NCBI GenBank assembly: GCA_963805625.1
Contig: CAWDVE010000016.1
Span: 224,001-288,000, forward strand
DNA: 64,000 bases
Origin: an uncultured Candidatus Rokubacteria bacterium
GTDB lineage: Bacteria; Methylomirabilota; Methylomirabilia; Rokubacteriales; DASRDR01
Reading direction: 5' to 3'
Both the position numbers and the translations under genes were made by a program. Under the pieces are notes generated by a model that was not told where the DNA came from, made no database searches, and worked only from the letters and a program-made list of their open reading frames with translations. Below are positions 29,425 to 38,874 of the stretch, in pieces (the first letter of the stretch is position 1; each line of letters opens with the position of its first letter).

Positions 29425-30699
29425 CTAGCGCATGTTGCCGGTGTGACCGAGCGAGTAGCGTCCGGGCTGAGGCCACACGGTGAGGCCGTGCGGCTCTTTC
29501 CCGACCGGGATCGTCGTCACCTGGCCGCTGCGGGTGTCGAAGACGTAGACGACGTCGTCGAAGCGGCCGCTCAGCCAGAGCTGGGTGCCGTCGGCGCTGA
29601 CGTTGCCCATGTCGGGGCTCCCGCCGCCGGGCACGGTCCAGGTCGCTTCGATGGTGCGGGTCGCGAAGTCGACGACCGCGACGCTGCCCGGTCCCTTCGG
29701 GCGGCCCCGGATCTGCCGCGACCCGCGATTGGCCACGTAGAGCTTCTTGCCGTCCCGGCTTGGATAGAGGCCGTGGGTGCCGATCCCGGTCTTGAGGAAC
29801 CCGGTGACGACGAAGCGGGCGCCGTCGATGAGATGGAGGCCCCCGGCCATCATGTCGGCGACGAAGTAGGTCTGGCCGTCCGGGGAGACCCGGATGTCCT
29901 GGGGCATCCCCCCTCGGGGCAGCGCGAGGTAGCCGAGCACGGTCCGGTCGACGAGATCGACCTTGACCAGGCCGCTCTGGAACTCGCAGGTCGCGATCAG
30001 GTACTGGCCGTCGATGGAGAAGTCCGCGTGGTTGACGCCCGCGCAGTTCGGCACCGCGATCGACGCCTGGAGCGCCATGGTGCGCGGATCGCGGAAGTCG
30101 AGCCGCTTGAGCGCCTCGGCAACGACCATCGCGGAGCGGCCATCCGGGGTGAAGTAGAGGTTGTAGGGATCGTCGACGGGGATCGGCCGCCCCGGCTTGC
30201 CGGTCGTCGGATCGACCGGCGTCAGGCTGCCCGTCGTCAGGCCCTCGGCGTTGTTGGCCACCCAGAGGGTCGTGAGGTCGTAGGACGGCACGACGTGCTG
30301 GGGGTTCACCCCGACCGGGAACGTGTCGACCACCGTCAGCGTCGTCGAGTCGATCACCGTGACGGTGTTCGCCTTGACGTTGGGCACGTAGACTCGGGGG
30401 AGCGCGCCGGCCACCGTCGGGCTGAGCCGGCCCGCCGCGGTCTCGCTGTAGAGATTCGTGGGATCGGGGACCGGGGGCATCCCGGGGATCGGTTGCACCG
30501 GCGCCGGCACGGGCGCTGGCGTCGGCGTCGGGGCGGCGCCGGACGTCTGCGCGCTGGCCCGGAGGGCCGACAGCCGCCAGAGCACGCCGATGCTCCACAG
30601 GGCGAGGAGGAGCCCGAGCAGTACGCCGACCCGCCACATTCGGGATCGGGCGCGCGTCATTCTCGAAGTGGCGCCCTTGCGGGCGCGCACGCGGGTCAT
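29425..30699 (-). CDS. Exported YncE/YVTN-repeat beta-propeller protein
   Basis: N-terminal hydrophobic helix and Pro-rich linker; VYVPN, PVG.NP, PDG..YVAN repeats. Confidence 0.88.
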   Translation of the reverse strand: MTRVRARKGATSRMTRARSRMWRVGVLLGLLLALWSIGVLWRLSALRASAQTSGAAPTPTPAPVPAPVQPIPGMPPVPDPTNLYSETAAGRLSPTVAGALPRVYVPNVKANTVTVIDSTTLTVVDTFPVGVNPQHVVPSYDLTTLWVANNAEGLTTGSLTPVDPTTGKPGRPIPVDDPYNLYFTPDGRSAMVVAEALKRLDFRDPRTMALQASIAVPNCAGVNHADFSIDGQYLIATCEFQSGLVKVDLVDRTVLGYLALPRGGMPQDIRVSPDGQTYFVADMMAGGLHLIDGARFVVTGFLKTGIGTHGLYPSRDGKKLYVANRGSRQIRGRPKGPGSVAVVDFATRTIEATWTVPGGGSPDMGNVSADGTQLWLSGRFDDVVYVFDTRSGQVTTIPVGKEPHGLTVWPQPGRYSLGHTGNMR

Positions 30700-31532
30700 G
30701 GGCGCGACCCGACCGGCATCGCGTCGCGTCGCGCGAGCGATCGCCGGATGGCCTCCACCGTCTGGGCCACGATCGTCTGCTCGATGAGCCGGCCCAGCTC
30801 CGCGCTCGCCCGGCTGGGGTCGCCGTCCGCGCCCTCCCAGGCGCCCGCGCCCGGCCCCGGCCGAAGCCGCTCCTGTCGAACGACGCTCGGGTCGACGGCC
30901 AGCATCAGCGAGGTATCCAGCGCGCCCGCGTGGCTGCCGATCTCGCGATCCTGATAGCCGCGACTCTGCAGGAGCGCGCGCGCGCCCGTGGTGCTCGCCC
31001 GGTAGTACGCGTCGATCGCGTGAGCGCGGGTCGGAGTGGCCGCCCAGCCGCGGTTCAGGCGGCGTGCCACGGCCTCTTGCCCCGCCTGGTTGCCACCGCT
31101 GTCCCCGATGAGCACGACGTCGCGAAATCCGTGGATGGCGAAGCTCCTGGAAGCGGCCTCGAGAACCGCCTCGAAGACCGGCTCCGGCAGCGTGATCGTT
31201 CCCGCGTAGCGCATGTGCCCGGTCGGCGGGGCGAGCGCGCCCTCCGGCACGTAGGCCAGCACGGGCGCCACCAGGGTGCTGCCGAGGGAGCGGGCGATCG
31301 CCGCCGCGAGCGCCCGCGCCCGGACGTTGTGCTTGCCTAGCGCCATGTGCGGCCCATTCTGTTCGGTGCCTCCCGTCGGCAGGATGATGGTGGTGGTTCC
31401 GGATCGGACGAGATCCCGTACTTCCATCCAGGTCAGCTCCTCGAGGAAGACGGTGGCCGGGGGCTCCGCCCAGCTCCCCGGCGGCGACACGACCATCCAC
31501 GCCACCAGGGCCAGGACCGCGCTTGTTCTCAT
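30696..31532 (-). CDS. Creatininase-family protein with signal peptide
   Basis: EELTW.EV, PTGGTEQNGPH, GT..L, GDSGGN, HAG..DTS, GDP..AS.E.G. Confidence 0.85.
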   Translation of the reverse strand: MRTSAVLALVAWMVVSPPGSWAEPPATVFLEELTWMEVRDLVRSGTTTIILPTGGTEQNGPHMALGKHNVRARALAAAIARSLGSTLVAPVLAYVPEGALAPPTGHMRYAGTITLPEPVFEAVLEAASRSFAIHGFRDVVLIGDSGGNQAGQEAVARRLNRGWAATPTRAHAIDAYYRASTTGARALLQSRGYQDREIGSHAGALDTSLMLAVDPSVVRQERLRPGPGAGAWEGADGDPSRASAELGRLIEQTIVAQTVEAIRRSLARRDAMPVGSRP

Positions 31533-31967
31533 GACACTCCCTCGCGGGCGCTTTCAGGGACGGGCCCGACTGTCGTCTCCGCCGGTGCCAGAGGAGCGGG
31601 CGCGTTCCGACGCCGAGTGTACCAGCGGATCCCCCGGTGACCGAGGGAACGCTACTGCCCTGGGGAGGCCTGTGGCCGGCCGGGAGGATCGAGCAGGGTC
31701 TCGATAGTGCCTGGGCTGGTCGCCGGCGCCCTGTGATTGCCCCATGGTTCGCGTGCCGACGCGCGGGGTCTGGGGTCTCTGGCGGGTGCTCGGGTGGCGG
31801 CCGGCCTGGACGGCCGCCTCCCGGCTCCCGTCTGTCCCCACCGAGATCGGCCGTCGGCTCGAAGCCGGACGTCGCGAGCCCACGGCCCCTCGCGACGCCG
31901 GCTCGACCGATCTAGAATCAGCTTGCCAGCGGACTGTCCGCACACGAGCCATGACCCGGGAGATCGG

Positions 31968-34052
31968 ATGACTCATCGCCTTGGCGTCGACGTGGGAGGT
32001 ACGTTCACCGACCTGGTCCTGGTCGGGCCGGACGGGCGGGCGCTCACGCGGAAGGTGCTCTCCTCCACCGGCAACTACGCCGAGGCGATCGTCCAGGGCG
32101 CGCGCGAGCTGATGGCGGCGGCCGGCATCGGCGCGGCCGACGTCGGCGAGCTGATCCACGGGACGACCGTCGCCACGAACGCGATCCTCGAGCGCCGGGG
32201 CGCGCGGACGGGACTCCTCACGACGGCGGGGTTCCGCGACCTCCTGGAGATCGGGCGGCTCCGGCTGGCGCGGCTCTACGACATCGACTTCGAGCGCCCG
32301 GCGCCCCTCGTCCCGCGGCGCTGGCGGCGTGAGATCGCCGAGCGGCTCGGTCCGGGCGCGGAGGTCCTGACGCCGCTCGATCCGGCCAGCGTCGCGGAGG
32401 CCGTCGATCTCCTCACGCGCGAGGGGGTGGAGTCGATCGCGATCGCGTTCCTCCACGCCTACGCGAGCGGCGCCCACGAGCAGGCTGCGGCCGCGATCGT
32501 CCACGAGCGGGCGCCCGGCGTCCTGCTGACGCTCTCCTCGGAGATCCTGCCCGAGGTGCGCGAGTTCGAGCGGACGAGCACGGCGGTGACCAACGCCTAC
32601 GTCATGCCGGTCATGAGCCGCTACCTCGGGAGCCTCGAGACGGAGCTCCGCCGGCTCGGTGTCGGCGCGCCGATCCTGGTGATGCAATCGAACGGGGGGG
32701 TCATGACGGCCGCCAGCGGGCGGCGGCGCCCGGTCCACGTGATCGAGTCGGGGCCGGCGGCGGGCGTGATCGCGACGGCCGAGCTCGCGCGGCGGATCGG
32801 CCGGCCGAACGCGATCAGCATCGACATGGGCGGGACGACTGCGAAAGCGTCGGTCATCGAGGGCGGAGAGCTCAAGCGGACGGGCGAGTTCGAGATCGGC
32901 GGCGCGCTTTCCCAGGGCAGCCGGCTGAACCGCGGGAGCGGCTTCCTCCTGCGGGTCCCGGCGATCGACATCGCGGAGGTGGGCGCGGGCGGCGGCAGCA
33001 TCGTGCGGGTCGACGACGCGGGCCAGCTCCACGTCGGGCCGCGGAGCGCGGGCGCGATCCCGGGACCCGCCTGCTACGCGCAGGGCGGGAAAGAGGCGAC
33101 CCTGACGGACGCGAACGTCGTCCTCGGTTACCTCCATCCGGAGCGGCTCCCGAGCGGCCTCGCGCTCGACGCGGTCCGGGCTCGCGAGGCCATCGCGGAG
33201 CAGGTGGCGCGGCCGCTCGACCTCGGCCTCGAGGCCGCGGCGCACGGGGTCTACCTCATCGGCTGCGCGCGGATGGCGCGCGCGGTCCGTGCGGTGACCA
33301 TCGAGCGTGGCCGAGACGCGCGCGACTTCGTCCTGGTCGCGTTCGGCGGGAACGGACCGCTCTTTGCCGCGGAGATGGCGCGCTCGCTCGGGATCGGGAC
33401 CGTGCTGGTGCCGCCGGCGCCGGGGGTCTTCAGCGCGGTCGGCCTCCTCGAGGCCGAGAGCGAGCACCACCTGGTCCGGAGCGTCCTGCGCCCGCTCTCG
33501 GCCGAGACGGCCGAGGGAGTGGCCGCGGCCCTCCGGGCGCTCGAGCGCGAGGCCGCCGCTCTGCTTCGCGCCGAGGGCTACCGCGAGGCGGTGGCGATGG
33601 ACCGCGGCGTCGATCTGAAGTACGAGGGCCAGTCGTTCGAGCTGACGATCCCCCTGCCGGCCGACTGGCGGGGCGCCGCGGGCGTGGACGCCCTGGCCGC
33701 GGCCTTCGCCGGGGAGCACGAGCGGACGTATGGCCATGCCGCGGCAGGCGACCCGATCCAGGTCGTGAACCTTCGCGTCACCGCGCGGCTGGTGCGCCCG
33801 GCGGGGCGGCAGACGGTGCGGCTCGCGAGCGAGCGGGCGGCGACGGCTGGTGGGACGCGCCGCGCGTACTTCGGGCGCGAGCACGGGACGCGGGCGACGC
33901 CGGTCCTCGCCCGCGCGGATCTCGGCCCGCTCCCGCGCCCGGGCCCGCTTCTGATCGACGAGTACGACGCGACGACGCTGGTGCCGCCCGGTGCGACCGC
34001 CGGCCTCGACGACCACGGCAACATCCTCATCGTCACCGGCGTGCAGTCATGA
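31968..34052 (+). CDS. Hydantoinase/oxoprolinase subunit A family
   Basis: [43 protein letters not shown]. Confidence 0.93.
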   Translation: MTHRLGVDVGGTFTDLVLVGPDGRALTRKVLSSTGNYAEAIVQGARELMAAAGIGAADVGELIHGTTVATNAILERRGARTGLLTTAGFRDLLEIGRLRLARLYDIDFERPAPLVPRRWRREIAERLGPGAEVLTPLDPASVAEAVDLLTREGVESIAIAFLHAYASGAHEQAAAAIVHERAPGVLLTLSSEILPEVREFERTSTAVTNAYVMPVMSRYLGSLETELRRLGVGAPILVMQSNGGVMTAASGRRRPVHVIESGPAAGVIATAELARRIGRPNAISIDMGGTTAKASVIEGGELKRTGEFEIGGALSQGSRLNRGSGFLLRVPAIDIAEVGAGGGSIVRVDDAGQLHVGPRSAGAIPGPACYAQGGKEATLTDANVVLGYLHPERLPSGLALDAVRAREAIAEQVARPLDLGLEAAAHGVYLIGCARMARAVRAVTIERGRDARDFVLVAFGGNGPLFAAEMARSLGIGTVLVPPAPGVFSAVGLLEAESEHHLVRSVLRPLSAETAEGVAAALRALEREAAALLRAEGYREAVAMDRGVDLKYEGQSFELTIPLPADWRGAAGVDALAAAFAGEHERTYGHAAAGDPIQVVNLRVTARLVRPAGRQTVRLASERAATAGGTRRAYFGREHGTRATPVLARADLGPLPRPGPLLIDEYDATTLVPPGATAGLDDHGNILIVTGVQS

Positions 34053-35782
34053 GCGCGAGCCGTCACGCTGCCACCGATCCCATCACGCTCGAGCTGATCA
34101 AGAACGCGCTCGACGCGATCGTCGACGAGATGGCGATCGCGCTCGTGCGCACTGCCTACTCGAACAACCTCAAGAACTCGATGGACATGTCCTGCGCCCT
34201 CTGCGACGCGGAGGGACGCTTGATCGCCCAGGGACTGACGCTGCCGCTCCACCTCGGGTCGGTGCCCGACGCGATGGCGGCCGTGAAGCGGAAGTTCCAG
34301 GGGAAGATCCGCCCGGGCGACGTGTTCATCCTGAACGACCCCTTCGAGGGCGGCACGCACCTGCCCGACTTCTACATCCTGAAGCCGATCCACGTCGGCG
34401 CGGATCTCGTGGGCTGGTCGGCGAGCATCGGGCACCAGCTCGACGTCGGCGGGAAGACCCCGGGCGGAAACGGCTGCGACGCGACCGAGATCTTCCAGGA
34501 GGGCCTCCGCATCCCGCCGGTGCGCCTCTACGATCGGGGCGAGCCGGCGGAGGCGGTCTTCGACTTCATCGACAAGAACGTGCGCGTGCCGCGCCAGGTG
34601 CTGGGCGACGTCCGCTCGCAGGTGGCCGCGTGCCTCACGGGCGAGCGCGGCTACCTCGCCCTGCTCGAGCGCCATGGCCGCGAGAGGTTCGCCGCGTGCA
34701 CCGACGCCCTCCTCGATCAGGCGGAGCGGCTGGCGCGGAACGCCATCAAGGCGATGCCGGACGGCGTCTATTGCTTCACGGACTACATCGACGACGACGG
34801 CATCGACCCCGATCCCATCCCGATCGTGGTGACCGTGACGATATCTGGCGACCACCTGATCGCCGACTTCACCGGCTCGGCGCCGCAGGTGAAGGGAGCG
34901 ATCAACTCGCCCATCCCGTTCACGAAGTCGGCGGTCTACGCGTGCGTGCGCCACCTGATCGGCGGCGACCCGCCGAACAACGAGGGCTACTTCCGCCCGA
35001 TCGAGGTGGTAGCGCCGCCGGGGACGATCGTGAACCCGGTGCTGCCGGCGTCCGTCGCCGCGCGCGGGCTGACCGGCTTCCGCATCGCCAACACGGTCTT
35101 CGGCGCCCTCGCCCAGGTCGCGCCCGACCGCGTGTTCGCCTGCGAGGTCGGCGGCGACACCGGCGTCAGCATCGGCGGCTACGACGCCGAGCGCCGGGCG
35201 TTCGTGTTCCTGGAGTTCCTCTTCGGCTCGTGGGGCGGCCGGCCGACGAAGGACGGCATCGACGCCTGCAGCAGCTCGGTCGTGAACTTTTCCAACAACC
35301 CGATCGAGGTGATCGAGGCAGAGTACCCTATCCGGATCCAGCGGTACGGCTATCTCCCCGACTCGGGTGGGGCCGGGCGGTTCCGCGGCGGGCTCGCGCT
35401 GATCCGCGAGTACCGCTTCGAGGAGGCCGAGGGCACGCTCCAGCTCCGCACCGATCGCCGGCGCCACCTCCCGTACGGGCTGCAGGGTGGGCGCGAGGGG
35501 ACGCCGTCCGCGAACCTCCTCAATCCCGGCACGCCCGCGGCACAGGACCTCCCGGCCAAGTGCACGCTCACCCTCCGGCGCGGCGACGTCTTCCGGCACG
35601 TCTACGCCGGCCCCGGCGGCTGGGGCGATCCGATGACGCGCGATCCAGCGCGCGTCCGCTGGGATGTCCTCGAGGAGAAGATTACGGTCGAGTACGCGCG
35701 CCGCGAGTACGGCGTCGCCCTCGACCCGACCACGCTGGAGATCCTGCCGGACGAGACGGCCCGACTTCGCGCCTGGCGCTGA
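34049..35782 (+). CDS. Hydantoinase B/oxoprolinase family
   Basis: NDPFEGGTHLPD, H..DVGG..PG, IFQEG, DSGGAGRFRGG; ATGA overlap with subunit A. Confidence 0.93.
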   Translation: MSASRHAATDPITLELIKNALDAIVDEMAIALVRTAYSNNLKNSMDMSCALCDAEGRLIAQGLTLPLHLGSVPDAMAAVKRKFQGKIRPGDVFILNDPFEGGTHLPDFYILKPIHVGADLVGWSASIGHQLDVGGKTPGGNGCDATEIFQEGLRIPPVRLYDRGEPAEAVFDFIDKNVRVPRQVLGDVRSQVAACLTGERGYLALLERHGRERFAACTDALLDQAERLARNAIKAMPDGVYCFTDYIDDDGIDPDPIPIVVTVTISGDHLIADFTGSAPQVKGAINSPIPFTKSAVYACVRHLIGGDPPNNEGYFRPIEVVAPPGTIVNPVLPASVAARGLTGFRIANTVFGALAQVAPDRVFACEVGGDTGVSIGGYDAERRAFVFLEFLFGSWGGRPTKDGIDACSSSVVNFSNNPIEVIEAEYPIRIQRYGYLPDSGGAGRFRGGLALIREYRFEEAEGTLQLRTDRRRHLPYGLQGGREGTPSANLLNPGTPAAQDLPAKCTLTLRRGDVFRHVYAGPGGWGDPMTRDPARVRWDVLEEKITVEYARREYGVALDPTTLEILPDETARLRAWR

Positions 35783-35861
35783 GCGGGGGTGGTCCCGGGA
35801 CGCAGCGACGGGCGGCTCGGAGGCCGCCCGTCGCTGCGCGTCAGTGGAAACCCGGTCGGGA

Positions 35862-36120
35862 CTAGCGGTCGGGAATATACCGATCCGCCCAGTACCCCCG
35901 GCCATGCCGGTCACGGACGTACACCGGATGCGGTGCGTGGACAACGTGGCGCGGGCGCTTCACGATGACCGGCGCGGGACGGTACACGACGGGCGGCGGC
36001 CTCTGATACACCACCGGCGGCGGCGTGACGATGACCGGGGGCGGCGCCTGGACGATCACCGGCACGGGCTGGTACACCACGGGTGCGGGCTGGTACACGA
36101 CCGGCGGGGGCGCCGGTGGC
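35862..36120 (-). pseudogene. C-terminal remnant of PXPV-repeat proline-rich protein
   Basis: PPPVVYQPAPVVYQPVPVIV repeats; tandem in-frame TAGs upstream and no signal peptide. Confidence 0.55.
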
Positions 36121-36129
36121 CCACCTCCC

Positions 36130-36923
36130 GTCCGTCGGAGCTACTACGTGCGGGCCTATCCCGCCTACGCGGCGGAGCTTGGGGCCCGGCTCCTCGCCGC
36201 TGATGTCGAGCTGTCCCCGGCGCCGCGCGTCGTGATCAGCTGCTCCGAGACACTCACGGCGGCGCGCGCGGCCGTCATCGCCCGGGCGTTTCGCGCCCGC
36301 GTCGTGAACCACTACTCGAGCTGGGAGGCCATGCACGTCGCCCAGACGTGCCCCGACAATCCGGCCGTTCTCCACGTCAACTCCGAGCGGGCGGTGTTCT
36401 GGGCGGCGCGCGCGGACGGCACGCCGGCCGACCCGGGTGAGCCCGGACGTCTCCGGCTGACCGTGCTATCCAACTACGTCCAGCCCTTCGTGAACTACGA
36501 CATCGGGGACACGGCCCTCCTCGGCACGCCATGCCCCTGCGGCCGCGGTTGGCCGACGCTCGGGGCGATCGAGGACCGCGTGAGCGAGACCCTGGTCACC
36601 CGTGACGGCCGGGCGGTATCCGCGGCCGTACTCGGGGCAGTGTCTCGTGACCATCGGTGACGCCCTTCCGTACGTGTGGGAGTATCAGGCCGTACAGGAG
36701 CGAGATGGTGGAGCTCCGCGTGGTGCCGACGGCGCGCTACACGGCGAGGATCGGCGAGGCACTCCGGCGACAGCTCGAGACCCTGCTCGGTCCGGAGACG
36801 CACGTGCGCGTGGCGGTCGTGGACGCGATCGAGCGCACTCCCTCCGGGAAGCGGCTCGCGATCACATCCAGGGTCGGGCGCAACCCGACCGGGCAGGGGC
36901 CGCGAGCGGGCGCGGCCTCGTGA
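36130..36923 (+). pseudogene. 5'-truncated, doubly frameshifted phenylacetate-CoA ligase/CapK-like adenylating enzyme
   Basis: YP.Y, SE.L, YSSWE, T.L.N..QPF..YDIGD, CPCGR, YQAVQ, TPSGK motifs spread over three frames (shifts near 36636 and 36702). Confidence 0.75.
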
Positions 36924-37618
36924 CGACGTCCGTGCGCCCGGCGACCACGCGTGCGCGCGATACCTGGGCCGCGACCGGACGCCGGCTCCCGATCGTGGCC
37001 CTGAGCTGGCTTGTTCGGCGCGAGTACCTGATCACTGTGCGCGCCGTCGACGAAAGCGCGAGCGTTCCGCAGCTGCCCCAGGCGCGCTGGGTCCTGATCA
37101 AGGATCCAACTGAGCTGGTGGTCGGCCCCGGCGACCTGCGGCCGGCACGGGCCGAGGCCCGGCGCCGCCTCGACGAGGGCCAGGAATGCTGGGCGGCGTG
37201 GATTGGCGGCGAGCTGGCGCACTGGCGTTGGGAGGCCACGCGACCGGCGCTCCTTCCCTACCTCGGGCTTACGCTCCGTCCGGAGGCGGGCGACCTCTGC
37301 GTCGTGGATGTCTACACGGTGCCGTGCTATCGAGGTCGTGGTCTTCACACAGTGGGCACGTTGCTCGCGCTCGAGCGGGCGCGCGCGCGTGGGCTCACAC
37401 GGCTCGTCGGCTTGGTGGCGTGGTGGAACGCCCCCGCGCGCCACGTCATGGAAGGCAAGACCGGCCGGCCGGTCGTCGGCTCGGTCGGGTACTGGACGGT
37501 CGGCGTGGGGCGCCGGTACTTCGCACGGGGAGGAGTCCGGCTCGAGGGCGAAGCGATTGTCGTCGCCGCCGTGCGCTCCGTGGGCGCGCCTCGCCCCGGT
37601 GCCGCGTTCCCGTCCTGA
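36920..37618 (+). CDS. GNAT-fold acetyltransferase
   Basis: DVYT.P.YRGRGL, V..WN.PA; GTG overlaps stop of ligase remnant. Confidence 0.7.
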   Translation: MTTSVRPATTRARDTWAATGRRLPIVALSWLVRREYLITVRAVDESASVPQLPQARWVLIKDPTELVVGPGDLRPARAEARRRLDEGQECWAAWIGGELAHWRWEATRPALLPYLGLTLRPEAGDLCVVDVYTVPCYRGRGLHTVGTLLALERARARGLTRLVGLVAWWNAPARHVMEGKTGRPVVGSVGYWTVGVGRRYFARGGVRLEGEAIVVAAVRSVGAPRPGAAFPS

Positions 37619-37691
37619 CCGCGAGCAGCCCGGCGGGCGCCGCCTCCCGTAGCTTGGCACTCGCGCCCCGGCGGTGGCACACTAGCGCCGC

Positions 37692-38780
37692 ATGACCTCC
37701 GTCAAGGACTCGCTGACCCCGCTGGCGGGGACGCGCGGTCTCGTCTTCCACGGGATCAGCTTCGACCCGTCGAGCCACACGGTGCGCACCTTCGACCTGG
37801 CCGGGTTCGACACCGAGCTGCAGGATCCGGTGGTGTTCTCCTGGATCGACATCGAGGCGCCGGACATCTCCACGATGAACGAGGTCCTCCGGCGCATGGA
37901 CATCGACCTCGTGCTCGTCTCGCACTTCGACCGGCCGGAGGTGCTTCCGCGGATCGTGGAGCGCTCGGACTGTCTCGCCTTCTATCTCTATCCCATCTAC
38001 GAGCCGGAGACACATCTCGACACTGCGCAGACCATCACGGAGATCGAGTTCGCCCGGATGATCCTCGTCCTGGGCGCGGACTACGTGATCACGTATCACC
38101 GACGGCGGCTGGACGCGGTGGACCAGATCAAGCAAACTTGCATCGACAGCTTTCATCTGGCCGGGAAGACGCCCGGCTTCATCGCGTTCCTGTTCCTGCA
38201 GCGCTGCCTCTACGACTACGCGCACCTCAATCTCGCCAACGACAACTACCTCGACCTCCTCGAGGCGGAGCTGGCCGCGGGCAGCGGCGGCGTGCCCGAG
38301 AGCGTGACCATCGCCTCCGGCAACATCCTGACGCTGAAGAAGCTGGCGGCGAGCCTCCACATCGTGCTCATGCTCCTCGGCACGAAACGGAGCCGCTTCG
38401 TGAGCGACGACGGGCGGAATGCCTTCCTCGAGATGCTCCGGAACGCGCTGGCCATCCGCGAGGCGGTCGACTCGTCCCGCGATCTCCTCGACGGGATCCT
38501 GGGCGGCATCCAGGCGGCGGCGGCCAACCGGACGAGCGAGATCGCCCGGGTGCTGACCGTGGTGTCGAGCATCATGCTGCCACTGACCCTGATCGCCGGC
38601 ATCTACGGCATGAACTTCGAGCACATGCCGGAGCTCAAATGGGAGCTGGGTTACCCGGCCGTCCTGGGCGTGATGACCGCGCTCGGGCTCGGGCTGGTGG
38701 GCGTGTTCTGGCGGCTCGGCTGGCTGGGTGGGATCTCGACGCGTCGGGCAGGGGAGAAGAGGAAAGCCCGATCCCGCTGA
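37692..38780 (+). CDS. corA: CorA family Mg2+ transporter
   Basis: YGMNF..MPELKW.LGY signature and two C-terminal TM helices. Confidence 0.9.
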   Translation: MTSVKDSLTPLAGTRGLVFHGISFDPSSHTVRTFDLAGFDTELQDPVVFSWIDIEAPDISTMNEVLRRMDIDLVLVSHFDRPEVLPRIVERSDCLAFYLYPIYEPETHLDTAQTITEIEFARMILVLGADYVITYHRRRLDAVDQIKQTCIDSFHLAGKTPGFIAFLFLQRCLYDYAHLNLANDNYLDLLEAELAAGSGGVPESVTIASGNILTLKKLAASLHIVLMLLGTKRSRFVSDDGRNAFLEMLRNALAIREAVDSSRDLLDGILGGIQAAAANRTSEIARVLTVVSSIMLPLTLIAGIYGMNFEHMPELKWELGYPAVLGVMTALGLGLVGVFWRLGWLGGISTRRAGEKRKARSR

Positions 38781-38874
38781 GGCGCCGCCCCCACCCGGCG
38801 CCGCGGCGGCCGCTGCGCTCCTCTGCCGCCAGTGCAATTGCGCTGATCCGGCTTCTGGCCTAGTCTCCTCACCC

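Noticed and set aside
28712-30637. 641-aa ORF as one gene
   Set aside because: Only the last 157 aa look coding; the rest is an alternate frame of the beta-propeller gene.
30696-31532. Mycofactocin (MftE) or other RiPP cluster
   Set aside because: No precursor peptide, RRE or radical SAM gene nearby.
35990-36115. Repeated GGTACAC units resembling an array
   Set aside because: Explained by PVVY coding repeats on the minus strand.
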